This document shows, one piece after another, positions 41,301 through 55,276 of a stretch of 64,000 nucleotides of DNA. Under the pieces are notes generated by a model that was not told where the DNA came from, searched no databases, and saw nothing but the letters and a program-made list of their open reading frames with translations. The position numbers were made by a program, and so were the translations under genes. The stretch is from NCBI GenBank assembly GCA_030141605.1, contig JAQGDQ010000917.1, positions 1 to 64,000 of the forward strand. The letters are read 5' to 3'. Each line of letters begins with the position of its first letter. The stretch's first letter is position 1. This DNA comes from Tubiluchus corallicola. Lineage: Eukaryota > Animalia > Priapulida.

Positions 41301-43117
41301 AACGGCTTTGATTAAAAGAACTTTGTGTTAGTTGCAGACTCGCGTATCTAAGTAACATTTTGTGTTCAATTTAATTAACTGACACGTACTTACATGTACA
41401 TTCTCTCCAGTCTGTTATAAATTTGGTGAGCAGTGTTATTCATTTGCAAACTTGCTTAACCGCTTTGATTAAAAGCACTTTGTGTTAGTTGAAACGTTTT
41501 TCCTTGGAGATAAGTAAAAGTTGATGTGCTTTTGTGTAATAAATACATGACTGAACTTGTCGAATTTCATCCCGTTGTCGAAGACGAGGTTTTTGACGCT
41601 GAAAAATGGCGCTACAGTGTCTGCCATTGTGTTTGTCACGGAAGAATTCTGGGAATGCCAACAATGCGGCGAACACTGATTATGTAACGAGATTTTTTGC
41701 ATTCCTAAAGCGCTTACACCAACACTTCATGTACAAACCTCGCGCCATTAAAATTAAAGCGGTTGATGAAATGACTAATAAATCAGTCGGGCAATTTGGT
41801 GTGCAAGTAGACGCACGTGATCAGGCCAAGCGTGTCTCATTTACAAGCAAGCTTGTACCGAACACGAGCTCGGATTTGCCGGATTCCGCGAAACTAGACG
41901 GGAGTAGCAGGAACTGCTCAAATAGCACTCAGGAAATTCCGCTCAATACATCTGTCAGGTCAGCTCAGCTAATAGATATTTTGCTGCAGAGTTCTGTTAA
42001 ATGCTGCTTTTCGGGGAATTTAAGGTTCGGGCGGCAGCTGTGTTTGTCGGGGGGCTTGTAACTTGTTGTATGTGATTATAAAGTATTTATTAAGGTGGTT
42101 GTTACGGGTGTCTGTTAGGTTGTACCTGAAATCGTAGGAAAGTAAAAGTATCGTTTGACTTGGATATCGGGAATGCTACGAAGCACTAGTTAATAGTTAT
42201 GTGACTGAGGCCTTTCCTTTTTGGTTATAGAGGTAGTAAAATGTCTGAAAGTGATTTCTAAACTACAAAGCCTAAAGCAAGAAGTAAATGGGGTGTAATG
42301 TAGTTCAACTCGCACGAAATCTCATTCTCAAATGATTTATTGCAATATCCAGTTGACCACAAGTTGTTTTAAGCTTTATTTCCAAGCTGCACAATTGTTT
42401 ATATTATTTAATCTACGGACCATTGCTGAGGTACATGGCAGAGTGTCCTGTAGGGGTCGTGCGGGGTTGTACTGATTGACCTTGTGGCGGGCGAGCGTGT
42501 TGTTGATTAACTTTCCCCGCGGAGTGTCAAGTTTGCGGAAAGTTTTCCATTCCGCTTTTTTTAGGTTAAATTTTCTGCACGGTGAACCCGCTAGGTCATC
42601 TGTGACATGGAATTTTTTATTGAGTTTGAAAAGCTGTGTTGGGAGAAACGAAGGATTCTGGAATGTAGTATGAAATGTTTGTTTGTCATTTATTTGTGGC
42701 AAAACTTTCCACTCGGGAATTATAAACTTCACAAGTTGTAAGCACCAGTAGTGCGGTTAAGTAAGCACTGTAGTTAGTGAGTTAAAACTTTCAATTAGCT
42801 CAAGCTTGCAAGAGGAAAAAGACGTGTGTAGTATTTCACTGAAGTATTTAAATGTACGGACACAAACTTACGTGGGGGGAGTAGTACAAATGATGTAAGC
42901 TACTGTTTATGTCAGACTCACTGATAGGCCATAGCAGTATAATGTTTTTAAATGACGTTTACGATCCTTTGTGGAGGCAAAGCAAAATGTCACAAACATT
43001 AATGACGCAGTCTGTGCCGTGTAAGCTATATTCTGTGCGTCGTGCTAGTAACCCCTGTAGAGTTTGAGGTAACTGATTTTTGTTTGTTTCATTTTTAGGG
43101 ACACGTCTACGGAAAAA

Positions 43118-43233
43118 ATGAAAAGAGAAGACCGTCCAGAGATAGGAGCAGTGGTGAAGAGCGTGTTGGAACATGCCAAGCATCAAGGCAGAGTTACTTG
43201 TGGCTTGTATTCTGCTGTCAAGCTACTGGAAAT
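43118..43233 (+). CDS. GADD45: GADD45-family protein, first recognisable coding exon (MKREDRPEIGAVVKSVLEHAKHQGRVTCGLYSAVKLLE); exon begins at 43099, true start may be upstream
   Basis: Resembles GADD45 RLTVGVYESAKLMN. tttttag acceptor at 43098, gtaaga donor. Confidence 0.85.
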
Positions 43234-44444
43234 GTAAGAATCTTGGCTGGTATTATGAGTTATTTATGTAAATATAAGAAACAATTATTGCTAATTTTTA
43301 TAGGCAGGGGAATGTATATTTTAAACAGTATATTAAAATGAAATTGCGTCTAATCAATCGTCCGGTTTTCCTTTAAAGGTTATTTTTTTAACATAAATTG
43401 ATTCATTAAAGATCAATAATCAATAATGGTAATTGTTGGGTTCATAGGCAGGCTGTTTACCTCGTCCGTTGCTGTTCCTGAATTAAAATTTTTAAGATTG
43501 TTTCATCACGTTCTTAAAGTGGTGTTGGAATGGCCTTGGGCTAAATGCTAAACTGGTATCAGATGTTCATTGCAACATGCGTCAATATTGCACAAGCTTG
43601 TTGTAGTAGGTGAACGACTTTATCTCTGCCGTTGCACAAGCTTGGTGTAGTAGGTGAACGACTTTATCTCTGCCGTTCAAACCTCTTAACCTTTATCACG
43701 TGTTGCTGGGTTAAACCGTTCAGTGAATGATCGACCTACTTCCTTCCTATTGAAGTTCCAACTATTGTAGCCATCGACCTTGAGTAACTTCAACCAGAAT
43801 TATTGATGATGCGTGCATGTTTATCACACAACTTGGAAGGGACTTATAAACGATTTAGGTCATTGATAAACCAGTAAAATGTAAACGGTATGTAAAATAA
43901 AGATGGGAGTTATGCAAATATCTCCTCTCTTAATGAAGGGGGGGGGGAAATTTGGGCATAAATTTGATACTTTAAAGGGGGGTACCCATGTGGAGGATCC
44001 CGTTAAGCCGTGAAACGTGGTGAAGCATGATAGTTGCTGATGAGCACTTGCTGTCTTGCACAGCATCTGTGTTTCTTTTGGCTCTAGATTGTCATTTTGG
44101 AGCAATATCAAAGCAATGAAAATACGGAGTTCAACGACTGTTTTGACTAATGTAACCATTTTGCCAAAAAAATATCGTCTCGCGTACAACCATTTTGCCA
44201 AAAATGCCATCTTGCATGTAACCATTTTGCCAAAAGTGCCATCTTGCATGTAACTATTTTGCCAAAAATGCCGTCTTGCGTATAACCATTTTGCCAAAAA
44301 TGCCATCTTGTGTGTAATCATTTTGCCAAAAATCAAGTTTAAATGTAAGACTTAGTGACTCGTAGTAACTGCAGCTTTTATATACCGTTTGCTATTGAAG
44401 TATGGATTGTATTTATTGCTTACACGTTGGTGTTATTATTTCAG

Positions 44445-44565
44445 TGATCCCACGTCTGTGATGTTGGTGATTCTTCCTGAGAGCAGCTTTGATAACGTCA
44501 CGCTACAGATTCAGTACACGCTCATTGAAGCCTTTTGTTGGGAGAACGATATACGTCTACTTAAG
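44445..44565 (+). CDS. GADD45: GADD45 exon (DPTSVMLVILPESSFDNVTLQIQYTLIEAFCWENDIRLLK)
   Basis: Matches the GADD45 core DPDxVVLCLL..LQIHFTLIQAFCCENDI. Splice phases consistent. Confidence 0.93.
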
Positions 44566-44807
44566 GTAGGCCATTCAGAAAGCTACGTTTGTTCTTTAAC
44601 TGTCTGTTTGTTTGGTTGACTGACTAGATGACTAGCAGGCCAGCAAACTGGCTCTTTTACTTGATTGACTTCCAAGTGGATTAGATCGGATGGTTTACCG
44701 ACTGACTGACTGACTGAGCGAGTAAGCAGAGGTGGAAACTTGAGTCTGCCCATTTCTTCATTAGTAAATAATAAAAGTGAACTGATCTAAAATTTTTACA
44801 TAGAAAT

Positions 44808-45165
44808 AATTCTTTTCACATTACCAGCGATTGATGGTGATTGTCAAAAAGGTCAAAGGTCAAGTGCACCAAACAACATATGTATACGCTTGACAACGCC
44901 TCGCAACCCATGCTATTGTAATAGTAACAGATTTAACAGCTAGCTAGAACCTTACTTAGTTCATTTTTCTTGTTCCCAAGCAAGATCCTGCTAGTAAATC
45001 ACTCTACTCACAGATTAATGCATAATTAAGTAAAGTACATGTAAAACAACTCAAGTTACTCAACCGATGAGGCAGACGGCTTTGTTTTACACAGATGTCA
45101 GATGATGGTTGTAGTTAAGACCCTTTGCTGTGGTACACTTAACCTTTGACCTACAGCAACTGTGT
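44808..45165 (+). mobile_element. MITE family A copy in a GADD45 intron
   Basis: Collinear with 21157-21544. Confidence 0.8.
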
Positions 45166-45422
45166 GTGTACAGCACCAACAGCAGAAACATTTAAAAGTG
45201 GACTTTTGTCCAGTCATGAGTCCATATTACTCTGGACAAGAGCAACTGAACAACAGTAACTTTCAGTTTTTCAATATCTAGGTTATTGACATGAGCACGT
45301 TTACCTTGGTCTACCTTTCTTCAGCTGGTACTACCTGTAATCATGAATTAGGACACGTCACACTTTCACTTTCTTCCACCCCGTACTTGGTCGTGCAAGT
45401 TACATGCTGTACGTGTAGGAGG

Positions 45423-45819
45423 CTTGTGAAAGTCATGTTTAAAGTTGTAGATCACTCACTTTGTAGAACAAGAATAAAAAAACTATACTAGATATTTGCA
45501 CAGAAAAGTGTTTATTAACTACATACACATGAGTAGAATGACTGCTGCACTGAACACTGCCAATGAGAGTGTCCTGCACTGAACACTGAGAGTTAGAGAG
45601 TGACTAGAAAGTAAAACAAGTCAGTATATATAGGTGTAGGTGTCCTATGCATACTTGCAAAGGCTTCACAAAACCATTACTTTAAATTAGGGAGAGATCC
45701 AGTGAATATGCATTCACTGGACCGTACAATTATACTGGGGGTAAGTAGCTGGTAGAATAACAGGATTAGTTCATAGATGGCAGCACCTAATTAAAATGTA
45801 CAATTACGACTTCCACAAG
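45423..45819 (+). mobile_element. Dispersed element of about 400 bp with short TIR (cttgtg.aagtc); second copy at about 37048-37452
   Basis: Two collinear copies with terminal inverted cttgtgaaagtc / gacttccacaag. Confidence 0.6.
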
Positions 45820-45885
45820 GGTATTTAAAGGTACATGAATTAATAAATTGAGAATTGTGCTATATAGGCAGTCTCTCTGTTTTAG

Positions 45886-46017
45886 GTTGATGAGGCAGAA
45901 AAATTGGGTTTCATATTGGAAGATTGGATGATGTACAGCAGACAGAGTTTAACGGAGCAGCATCCATCCAAACGTGAGAGTGTTGAGGAAGATGATTTCA
46001 ACTGTGTCTTAGTGCAG
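45886..46017 (+). CDS. GADD45: GADD45 exon (VDEAEKLGFILEDW..EEDDFNCVLVQ)
   Basis: DLHCVLV-like motif. ttttag and gtaggt boundaries, 132 nt, phase 0. Confidence 0.88.
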
Positions 46018-46057
46018 GTAGGTCATTTTTGCTGTTTTCTAAGTCGTCACAAACCAG

Positions 46058-46742
46058 CAGGGATGTAACGGAAACGAATATTTAATTTCAGTTCGCTGGT
46101 AATCACACTTTCAGTTGAGTTTCCTTGTCTTCGAAAGTTGTTAAGGCACAAGAAAACCCATCATAAGCATAAAGCTTGAAAAATTCGTTTTGAAATTTTG
46201 TATCGCTTACATACTGCCTTTTTGCGTGCAGGACTTCAATCGGCAGTCACTCTGTATAAAATGTGTAAATTTAAACTCCCGCGATGACCGTTAGACGCAG
46301 CCATTTTCACGACAGGTCAATTGAAACAAGTTTAGATAACATTTAGAAGGCATATCTGCAGACTCTGAAGCTTTAAAGTCTCCAGACACAATCAACCGAA
46401 CTATCAAAGCGTAATTTGAATAAAACCAAGTCTAATTTTTCAATTTATGAAATATGAGCAACAAAATATTTATAAAATAAAATTTCTCAATGTGTTGAAG
46501 CTTCATAATTTCTAACTATAAACATTGTTCTAATTTTTGATTAGTTTTTTTTCTTGCTACTTCATCAAACTTCGCATCAGAGCAAGTAAAAGCAAACAAG
46601 CAAAAACAAAGTATTTCATTTATTTCACAATGTTTTCAGTTTTGATGGCAGTTGGTTTTGCAAAAATGATTTCGGTTCGGTTTCCTAAGACGTTTCAAGT
46701 TCCGGTTTCGTTTTTCTAATTTCTGTTTCGGTAACATTCCTG
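46058..46742 (+). mobile_element. hAT-like MITE
   Basis: cagggatgtaacggaaac...gtttcggtaacattcctg, with degenerate 8-bp flanks caaaccag / taaagcag. Confidence 0.65.
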
Positions 46743-47765
46743 TAAAGCAGCACAAAATCGTTTGATAAGATCCCTCTATCTGTTATTGATGACATTCTTG
46801 ATCAAGTGATAATTACGTCATGTGCATTTGTGTCTAGTTATAACTGGCACGTGATGTAGACTTTGTAGTTCTTTTACATTGTATCAAGATTGTGAACTTA
46901 CCTGTTACATTGTATCAAGATTGTGAACTTACCTGTTACATTGTATCAAGATTGTGAACTTACCTGTTACATTGTATCAACTTACCTGAAGGTCACATTT
47001 GACGCAATTTCACAAAGCTGGCACGTGGTATACACAAACTTTGTATACATTGAGTCATTTACAACTGATAAATGTATAAACAAGAAAAGGTGTTGGTCTA
47101 CCGTATCTTATAAAGTTTTGGCAAATTGCCAAAATTTACTAATTCACATGTCTTTTGTCTCTTCTCGTCTGTATGTTGTATCTTCTTATCTTTCTTATCA
47201 TAGATCATTTAGTATCCGTATGTCATTATCCTCATGGCGTCATATAATCCTCGATGTTTCATTTAAAGTTTTGGCAAATTGCCAAATTTTTTTAATTCTC
47301 ACCGTTGTATCTTCTTATCTGTCTTATTACAGATCATTTAATATCAGTATGTCATTATCCTCATGCCGTTATGTAATCCTCGATGTTTCATTTAAAATGG
47401 ATAAAGGAAATTCATCAAACGTGTCTTTCCTAACTGACCCCCCCCCCGTCACATGGTGGAAAATTCCAGTAATTTTCGTCCTAGTCTTGTGATTTTTTTC
47501 CTTTCTGGGATTTGTTAGGAGGAAAGCTACAATGACCTTTAAATCTTTTCCGTGAATTCACAGTGGCAGACATCCTGTTGGCACGGTGCCAATAATTTCT
47601 AACAGACTTTGAACTTGTTTTGGTTGCATACGGGGCGGCGCAGAAAATTACAACCATCAATCTGATTAAATCACAGTATCAGAAAGTGTAAATATTCGTG
47701 TGGGTTGGTAGTTGAACTGTGACATTGTCTGTCTAGAGTATTAAATTCGCAGTTTCTTCCTTTAA

Positions 47766-48225
47766 CCCTTTCATATCCGTTGTATCCCGTGGGATACGAG
47801 AATATTTTCTGCCTTTAAAATTAATGAGATTTTAAAACTGACAATTATTTGATCTGTTAATAGTTATTTTGATTTAAGCCAATAACAATAGACTGAAAAT
47901 GGTGATAAAATGGTAGACTAGAAAATCTACATAGCATAAAAAACTGTGCAAGGTACAGTAGTTTAGAGGCGACTTTGTACAGATCAGCATAGCATGCATA
48001 CTAAATGTCTTAAATACTTTAAAAAATTATCAGCAGTTGCAAAATGAAGCACATTTTATGCTTCCATTGAATCCCAATGTATCCCGTGGGATACAGGCTA
48101 TATTTAGCATGTGGGCACAGGTAGAAAAAAAATAATTATTATGTGTAAACAAGATGGACATACTGAACAAAAGTACCAAGCCAAAAATGTTTTTCTTATT
48201 AAAAAATAATTTGGGACTGAAAGGG
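47766..48225 (-). mobile_element. piggyBac-like MITE, second copy, in the last GADD45 coding intron
   Basis: Reverse complement of 16333-16793. Confidence 0.75.
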
Positions 48226-48660
48226 ACTGAATGAAATGCTCGCTGTTTCTACTGTCAAAAAGAAGTTCTTCTCCTAGGTGGTTGCTTAGCAATGGTACCA
48301 CAGTGCCCACTTGGGAAATGATTAGAAAAAAATTCTAAATAAACTAGAGAAAAATTCGGAAAATTCTAAGTATGGAAAATATGCTTAATTGGAAGTAGTT
48401 GGTTAATTGTCCAAATGAACACCCACCCCTCTCTTGCAAACATTTTAAGAATGTTAACGACTTTGTAAAGACTATTAAAGTTTTGTAGTCAATCACTCCT
48501 AGGAACATGTTAGCATAACAAATAACTGTTTTTTTGCCAGTAATCCCATTGAACATTTCATTTTTCCTAGAAGATTTATACGTCAGCTGCTGAAATTCCA
48601 TGCAGCATTCCCGGTTGAAACGTTTGTTTGCATTTTATTCAAGTTGTGTTTGTTTTCTAG

Positions 48661-48768
48661 TATCCGTGTGGCTGGAATGAAAGTATCAAAGAAGAGGAGG
48701 ATTTAATTGAATACTACAAGGGTATGGAGGATTTGTTTCACCAGCCGGTGATCGTGCTGCCTGTTTGA
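48661..48768 (+). CDS. GADD45: GADD45 last coding exon (YPCGWNESIKEEEDLIEYYKGMEDLFHQPVIVLPV*)
   Basis: C-terminal PVIxLP as in GADD45 proteins. ttttctag acceptor. Total 158 aa from the ATG at 43118. Confidence 0.88.
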   Translation, partial: YPCGWNESIKEEEDLIEYYKGMEDLFHQPVIVLPV

Positions 48769-51633
48769 CGAGCGTGCAGCTTAGCTGACTGCTGTGTTGG
48801 TAAGTTTAACTGCTGACAACTTTTGACGCTAATAATGGCTGATGATAATGTAGCCTTGTGTTTTTTTAAAATTATCCTACCATAGCAACCGTTTATGTAC
48901 TGAGTCAGAAATGTACTTAGCGCGTCTGACTGGCATTGAAAAGTCGTAGGTTCAATTCCTCTTCAAGAAACTTCAGATGTTTTTTTTATGAACTTAAAGA
49001 GAAGTTACTTATCTGTTTCAGGGAGTAAAATAAATTACTGTAATTTGTTTCATTCTTAACGCTGAATTCTTCATTAGAGTAATAACCATTTAGTTCAAGG
49101 TCATTGTTTTTCTTTGTCTAGAAAGAGCAGCACTTGAAATGACGCCACCGTGAGAATTACTTAATAGACGGACTTCCCTGGAAACGAGGGATTCGTGTGT
49201 ATAGTCGGAAACCCTTCAATGTGGTTTTGTGTGACCCGAAACGGTCAACTTTTTCGTCTTAGTGAAGCTAGTGTCACGCCAGTGTTTAATTCCTCACGTC
49301 TGGAAAGTTTGCAATAAAAGAACGATGGAAATTTGCAAAAAATCGATGGAAATTTGCAAAAAATGATTTCTCTCAACAGGAAATTTGCGTAGGAAAAGTT
49401 ATTGCTTCGTCTGATCCTCATACATTTAAATTTTATGCACAACATTGTTTGAGTTTTTTTTAGAAGTGCTGTGTTTTGATGAGGTCTGTAATGGCACAAT
49501 TGTTTTTAATGTTTTTAGAAAGTTTTTAAACTGACATTTGAGTAATTTGGTTATTTTTTGTGTTTCGAAGAAAACACACGTCATAGCGTTTTGATAGCTT
49601 TGATTTCTTCTTGCAGTGTTCTCATTGTCAAATGTTTGCAGAAACTGTGTAAGTAGCAGCCTTCCTCACTTTGCTGGAACTTTCTTGCATTTTCCAAGAT
49701 TTCACAGCTATTAGGCGTTTACTTACTGATCAAACTTGTTAGAATGTTGGATCCAGGCCAGCAGCCTTTTGTGCTGAGTCACGTATCGATTGGGATGACT
49801 GTTCTAGGAAATACGGAAGCCAGACTGATTCATAGTCACTTGTGTAAACACTGCCCCCTACAGGCGTTCTTGAGAAACGTTAAATTTGCTAGGGCAGTTG
49901 TAGTTGAAATGTTTTTCACTTAGAAACCTGTATTTTGTTATTTGGGTGTAACTTTGTGAAGTAAAACATGCTTTTTGTTTTACAGTTTGAGTTTGTGTGT
50001 AGAATGTTCATAACTTGTAGCATTCAGTATAAATTCATTTCGTAGGAATGTTTGTTTTGAAAGGTTTTAGTCCTTTATCAATCTCTCTGCTGTTCAGAGA
50101 AGCAAGTTGACTAGAAATAACCAGTTACTTTTGGAAAAATTCACAAAAATTGTTTTCTCACTCTTATTTTGAAACTTGATTGTAGTTGTTTGGAAATTTT
50201 CCCGCTGCAAACGGTAGATTGCAACGAAATTGTTTGTTTTTTCCAACATCTAATTTCTTTTATCGACCTACGTATTAGCAGGAGCATTGAGTAACGTTTA
50301 CGTAGCATCCGGAATGTGAAGCATTATACATATTTATTCCATAGCTATTTCGCAAGTGGATAACCTATAACATTGCATCAAAATTGTTTGTTTTTTCCTT
50401 TATCTAATTTCTTTTATTGACTTACGTATTAGCAGGAGTCTTAAGTAGCGTTTATGTAGCATCCGGATGCGGTAGGGTTATGGTGGTGTGGAATAGGTAA
50501 AATCGGTTTATATTGTTTTCAATGCAACCGTTTGTCAGACCTGCATTACACATTATTTTTTCTGCAGTTATTTCCCATTGATTTTTATTCCGCAAGTGAG
50601 TAACCCATAACGCATTCAGGATGCTACATAAATACTCTTTACACTTATTTTGCTTATTTTTACGTAGTATGTAAGTCACGCCAAAGCACCGATCTCGATA
50701 TTTCTTTATCAGTAGCGCAACTTTCTGAATTCCAAGTTGCTGCTTCAAAAGTTTCAATTTAAGAGTTAACTATTTTTCTACTGTCATGCATCTCATTAAA
50801 CTCCTCAGTGAATGAATCGTTGTGATAATAATTATCAACTACCAATAGTCGTACTTCTCTGTCAAACTTTTGTATTTAAATACGTCGATCTCGTCTCAGA
50901 CTTGTAAATATTGCCGTCGGCTTTGAAATGCAACAATTTGACTGGATGTGACATGCGGGTAAAGCAAAACCGTCTGCTACATCAGTCCACCAACTTCAGT
51001 TGTTCTATATTGGCTGCAAATGGTTTTCCTGTTCAATACTATTTTTGATATGGTATTTTAACGACTATGAATTTGCTTGAAAGAGGTGCAATTGTGGTCA
51101 TGTGACAATGTTCACCAATCCCAGCAAGTGATTGTGGTCATGTGACAATGTTCACCAATCCCAGCAAAGTATTTTAATATGTTAAAACAGCTTGTATTAT
51201 TACGCAAAGACCCATTTGTCAGTTATTGTTGGGTGTGTTGAATATCGGGTACATTATTTGTATTTTCAAGTGCCAAAGAAATTTGTTTATTTTGGCCTAG
51301 TTTAGATAAACGTAATGAAATTTAGAAACACTTTGTAACATAATGTAGTATAAAGTGCATTAGATTATTGATTTTTTGTTAATGTTTTCCACATTATTAC
51401 TACATGTAAATCATGCACAAGCATAATTGTTCTCATTTGTAAACTTTCTGTAAGAAGTAGATTATGTCTGTCTTTAGCGAAATCTCAAGAGTTTCTACAA
51501 TCTTGTGTCAGTAATTTATTCTTTGCTTGTTGATTTCGTTTTGAGGAAATCTTACACAGTTCTGCAAGAACATTTGTTTTAGCTGTTCAATTTGTGTTAC
51601 TGAAACGTCTATCTCGATACGTTATTCTTGTCA

Positions 51634-52052
51634 TTACATTGTGCTTCCATCTATCGACAACAGGAGTAATCATTTCCAATACCATATAAACTTTGTCAAA
51701 TGACTTAATTACCATAGTAGCTTTTAATGACGTCAGTTTTTCACTTTTGCATAGTTTGACAGTTGCATTATTGTGATTACATTGTGCTGCCATCTATCGA
51801 CGACAGGTGTAATCATTTCCGATACCGTATAAACTTTTGTCATATGACTTAATTACTATAGAGGCTGTTATTAACGTCAGTTTTTCACTTTTGCATAGTT
51901 TGACACTTGCGTTATTGTGATTACATTGTGCTGCCATCTATCGACGACAGGTGTAATCATTTCCAATACCGTATAAACTTTTGTCAAATGACTTGATTAT
52001 TATACTGGCTGTTAATGACGTCAGTTTTTCACTTTTGCATAGTTTGACACTT
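51634..52052. repeat. Tandem repeat, 3 x about 143 bp
   Basis: ttacattgtgct.ccatctatcgac units. Confidence 0.9.
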
Positions 52053-52472
52053 GATTATTTCTCCATTATTTATTAATAATGATGTAGTTATTAGCTGCTG
52101 GATCAGCATTATTTATTTGTTTAATTGTTAGGATCATTTAGATCATCTAGTTTCCAATTTATAGTGCTTTTGTGAATATTCAAGTGTAGTGTATATTATT
52201 ATATTTATGATATACACTGCATTGTTTTAATCTATATTAAAGCCTTGTTGTTGCTTACGTTTGTGTGTGAAGATTTTTTGTATATACGAATGTAAAAAAT
52301 TATATTTATAAATTTATCATGATGTTAGTTCTTAATAAAGTTTTAGTATAGAAATACATTGCTGTTTTTGTATATATATTTGCTTAGTCTTACGAATGCG
52401 TGATGAATGAGGAAGACAGTCATAATTGACGAATGATTTTAATTTTGAGGATTCGCTCTCGATTAAGGAGTA

Positions 52473-52831
52473 AACCTTTTTTAGTTTTGTTATGCGCACA
52501 CGCAGTTGCTGTAGGTCAAAGGTTAAGCGTACCACAACAATGCTTCTTAACTACAAGGATCATGTGACATGCGGATAAAGCAAAACCGTCTGCTGCATCG
52601 GTTCACTAACTTCAGTTCTATTATGCATTAGTCTGCGCGTAGAGTGATTTACTAGCACATTCTTGCTTGAAAACAAGAAAAAATGAAGTAGGTAAGGTTC
52701 TAGCTAGCTGTTAAAACTGTTACTATTATAGCAGCACGGGCTGAGAGGCTTTGTCAAGTGTACACAAATGCGTTGTCTGGTACACTTAACCTTTGACCTA
52801 AATCATCAACTGCTGGAACTATGAAAAGGCT
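52473..52831 (-). mobile_element. MITE family A copy (reverse)
   Basis: Reverse-complement match ending in tgaaaaggct. Confidence 0.8.
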
Positions 52832-53310
52832 CATCTGAACAGTACATCCCTTTTGCTGCCTAAATAGAACAAAAGTTTTGGTGTGAATCACGTATATAAC
52901 ATTAAAACAAAAACAGAAGAAAGAAGAAGAAATTGAAAATTGCAGTCTGCTCTTTGTTTGTTGTGAAAATAACTATAATATCCGTACAGTATTTACACAC
53001 AGCTAATCAAACGGTCCATGAGGCTGAGATAAAACAATAATAAATATTTTCACAAGACAATCTCTCTTGCTGATGATCAATGACTTTCACATTTAAGACT
53101 TTCACAAAGCAAAAGTTCATGCACTGCTCGATTATCATGGAAGCTCTGCATTATCTTTGGTAACAATTTGTACACGATTAGTAGAAGCTTTGATGAAGCC
53201 AGTGGCAGTTCTGATGAAGCCAGTAGAAGCTTTGATGAAGCCAGTGGCAGCTCATAGGTAGAATTTGTGGGGGTGCTGCTTCAGAGAATACTTAGCTATT
53301 GCTTTAATAC

Positions 53311-53615
53311 TGTGTAAAACGAAACAAAAATATTTAATGTAACAATGTGAAACAATGCAAATTTTTAGCCATTGTTTTGATAATGTGTAAAACGAAACAA
53401 AAATATTTAATGTAACAATGTGAAACAATGCAAATTTTTAGCCATTGTTTTGATAATGTGTAAAACGAAACAAACATTTAATGTAACAATGGAAAACAAT
53501 GCAAATTTTTAGCCATTGTTTTGATAATGTGTAAAACGAAACAAATATTTAATGTAACAATGTGAAACAATGCAAATTTTTAGCCATTGTTTTGATAATG
53601 TGTAAAACGAAACAA
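53311..53615. repeat. Tandem repeat, about 4 x 73 bp
   Basis: tgtgtaaaacgaaacaaa..gccattgttttgataa units. Confidence 0.9.
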
Positions 53616-55276
53616 ACAAACACAAGAAAGTTTATACAAAAACTTCATAAAATCCGAAACAGAAAATATTTTTTGCTTACTAATAGCCTAAATTGTCGCA
53701 GTTCAAACTTGATTCAATCACGGTAAGCAAGTGACAACTGACAACAAACTGTGTGAGCGACAGTACTTTCTCTACCTGGACTCAGACGTGTGCGCATGGC
53801 TGCATGCGCACAACAGCCAAACACACCACTGTTCTGGGCTGTGAAACAAATTGTACTACCCTCACGTGCTCCGGTTCCATACAAGTGTATAAAGAAAGAA
53901 CTAAAGACAAAAGACTTAATATATTGAATTTTATCGATAATATTGAGTGAAAACAGGGGGTGCTGCAGTTCCACAGAACCTGTACACGAGCTGACACTGG
54001 ACAAAGCAATAATAATGGACCACCATTTCAAGCAATGAACAGCAATATATAAAATCCAACGCAGTTTGGCAATTAAAAACAGGATCTAAAAACCCTCAAA
54101 TCATCAGTAGAACAATTTTACATAAAAATATCTTAGATTTCTTAAAACTCAATTGCAGTGATCCCCAAATCAAGGGTCCCGAGGGATGTTTCCTTGACTC
54201 ACGGATTAATTAGAAAGCAAATAGCAAAAAGTGCCATTTTCAGCATCAACTGTTTTCAGTTTCTTGATGAAGTGCGAGACAAAATTAATCAGCCGAACGA
54301 TGAGGAATCTGTTCTTGCAGAGCCTTGGCTTTAAGTTCTATTTCTACGCTTGGCTTTATCCTGTGGTGTATTTATTCACTATTGTAATATTCATGGTCGT
54401 CAATTGAGCCAATCCTCGTTAAAATTTCTGATCAACGAGCTTGATTAATGAAGAGCCACATTAATGAACTATAAGACGACTCCCCAGTGTAAAATGTGAA
54501 CTATGCAAATACGTATGACTGGCAAAATGCGATCAAGATTAATGATAATATTATAATGTTTGGTTTTATCCATGCCGGCTGTACAATTGAAATGAGTTGC
54601 CGATTGAACACTGAAATTGAGTCATGAGAGAATGAAAATTTGGGAACCCACTGTTCTACTGGATGCAATACAGTCATATCTCGATTGGCCAGATCTCGCT
54701 TTTACGGATATCGGAAAAAATGGACAAAATCTGGACAGTTAAAAAAGTCCCAGATTGTTTCGCGAGCGGACCGCTAGTTGGCGGGCAGTCACTTTGTTTA
54801 CCTCATTACATCAGTGTAACCATGTGTATATCTCTAAATGTAAAAGTACAGAGTCAATTATGCAGAGTTATTTGAGTCAATTGCCGACAGTTTTTATATA
54901 GTTTTGCATAGGAGCGTTCTGTAGTAGACATTTTTGAAACTATTAGACGATTGATTCTTCAATACCTACTGTTATTAGCTTAGGAACGGTAAATACCGAC
55001 ACAATCGGCAAATACGGACAGACGTCTCCCCGTGTTTGTCCGGCAAACTGAGATACGAGTGTAATTAATTTGGAAGATCGTTATTAATATTCCCACTTAA
55101 CTACAGTTGTAGCAGGTGAGAAATGCACCTGGCTGGTCAATATTTCAACAGTTTAACATTTAGATTTTAGAAGATTTTTGCAGCCAATCACTAACGAATT
55201 GATTTGCTATTCACTAATCATGGGAATCCAGGTAAAGTTAGGGCATCCAACAGGTATTTCCTCAGTACCACTAAAG

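Noticed and set aside
41606-42061. 151-aa ORF upstream of GADD45
   Set aside because: No recognisable domain. Candidate phase-2 donors at about 41684 and 42738 could supply a GADD45 first exon, but this cannot be decided without transcripts.
48766-48815. Stop-codon readthrough of GADD45 (TGA-C context)
   Set aside because: Only the +4 C supports it; the extension is short and no conservation evidence is available.
49205-49250. Second hammerhead-like motif (..ccgaaacggtc)
   Set aside because: The CUGANGA core is absent.
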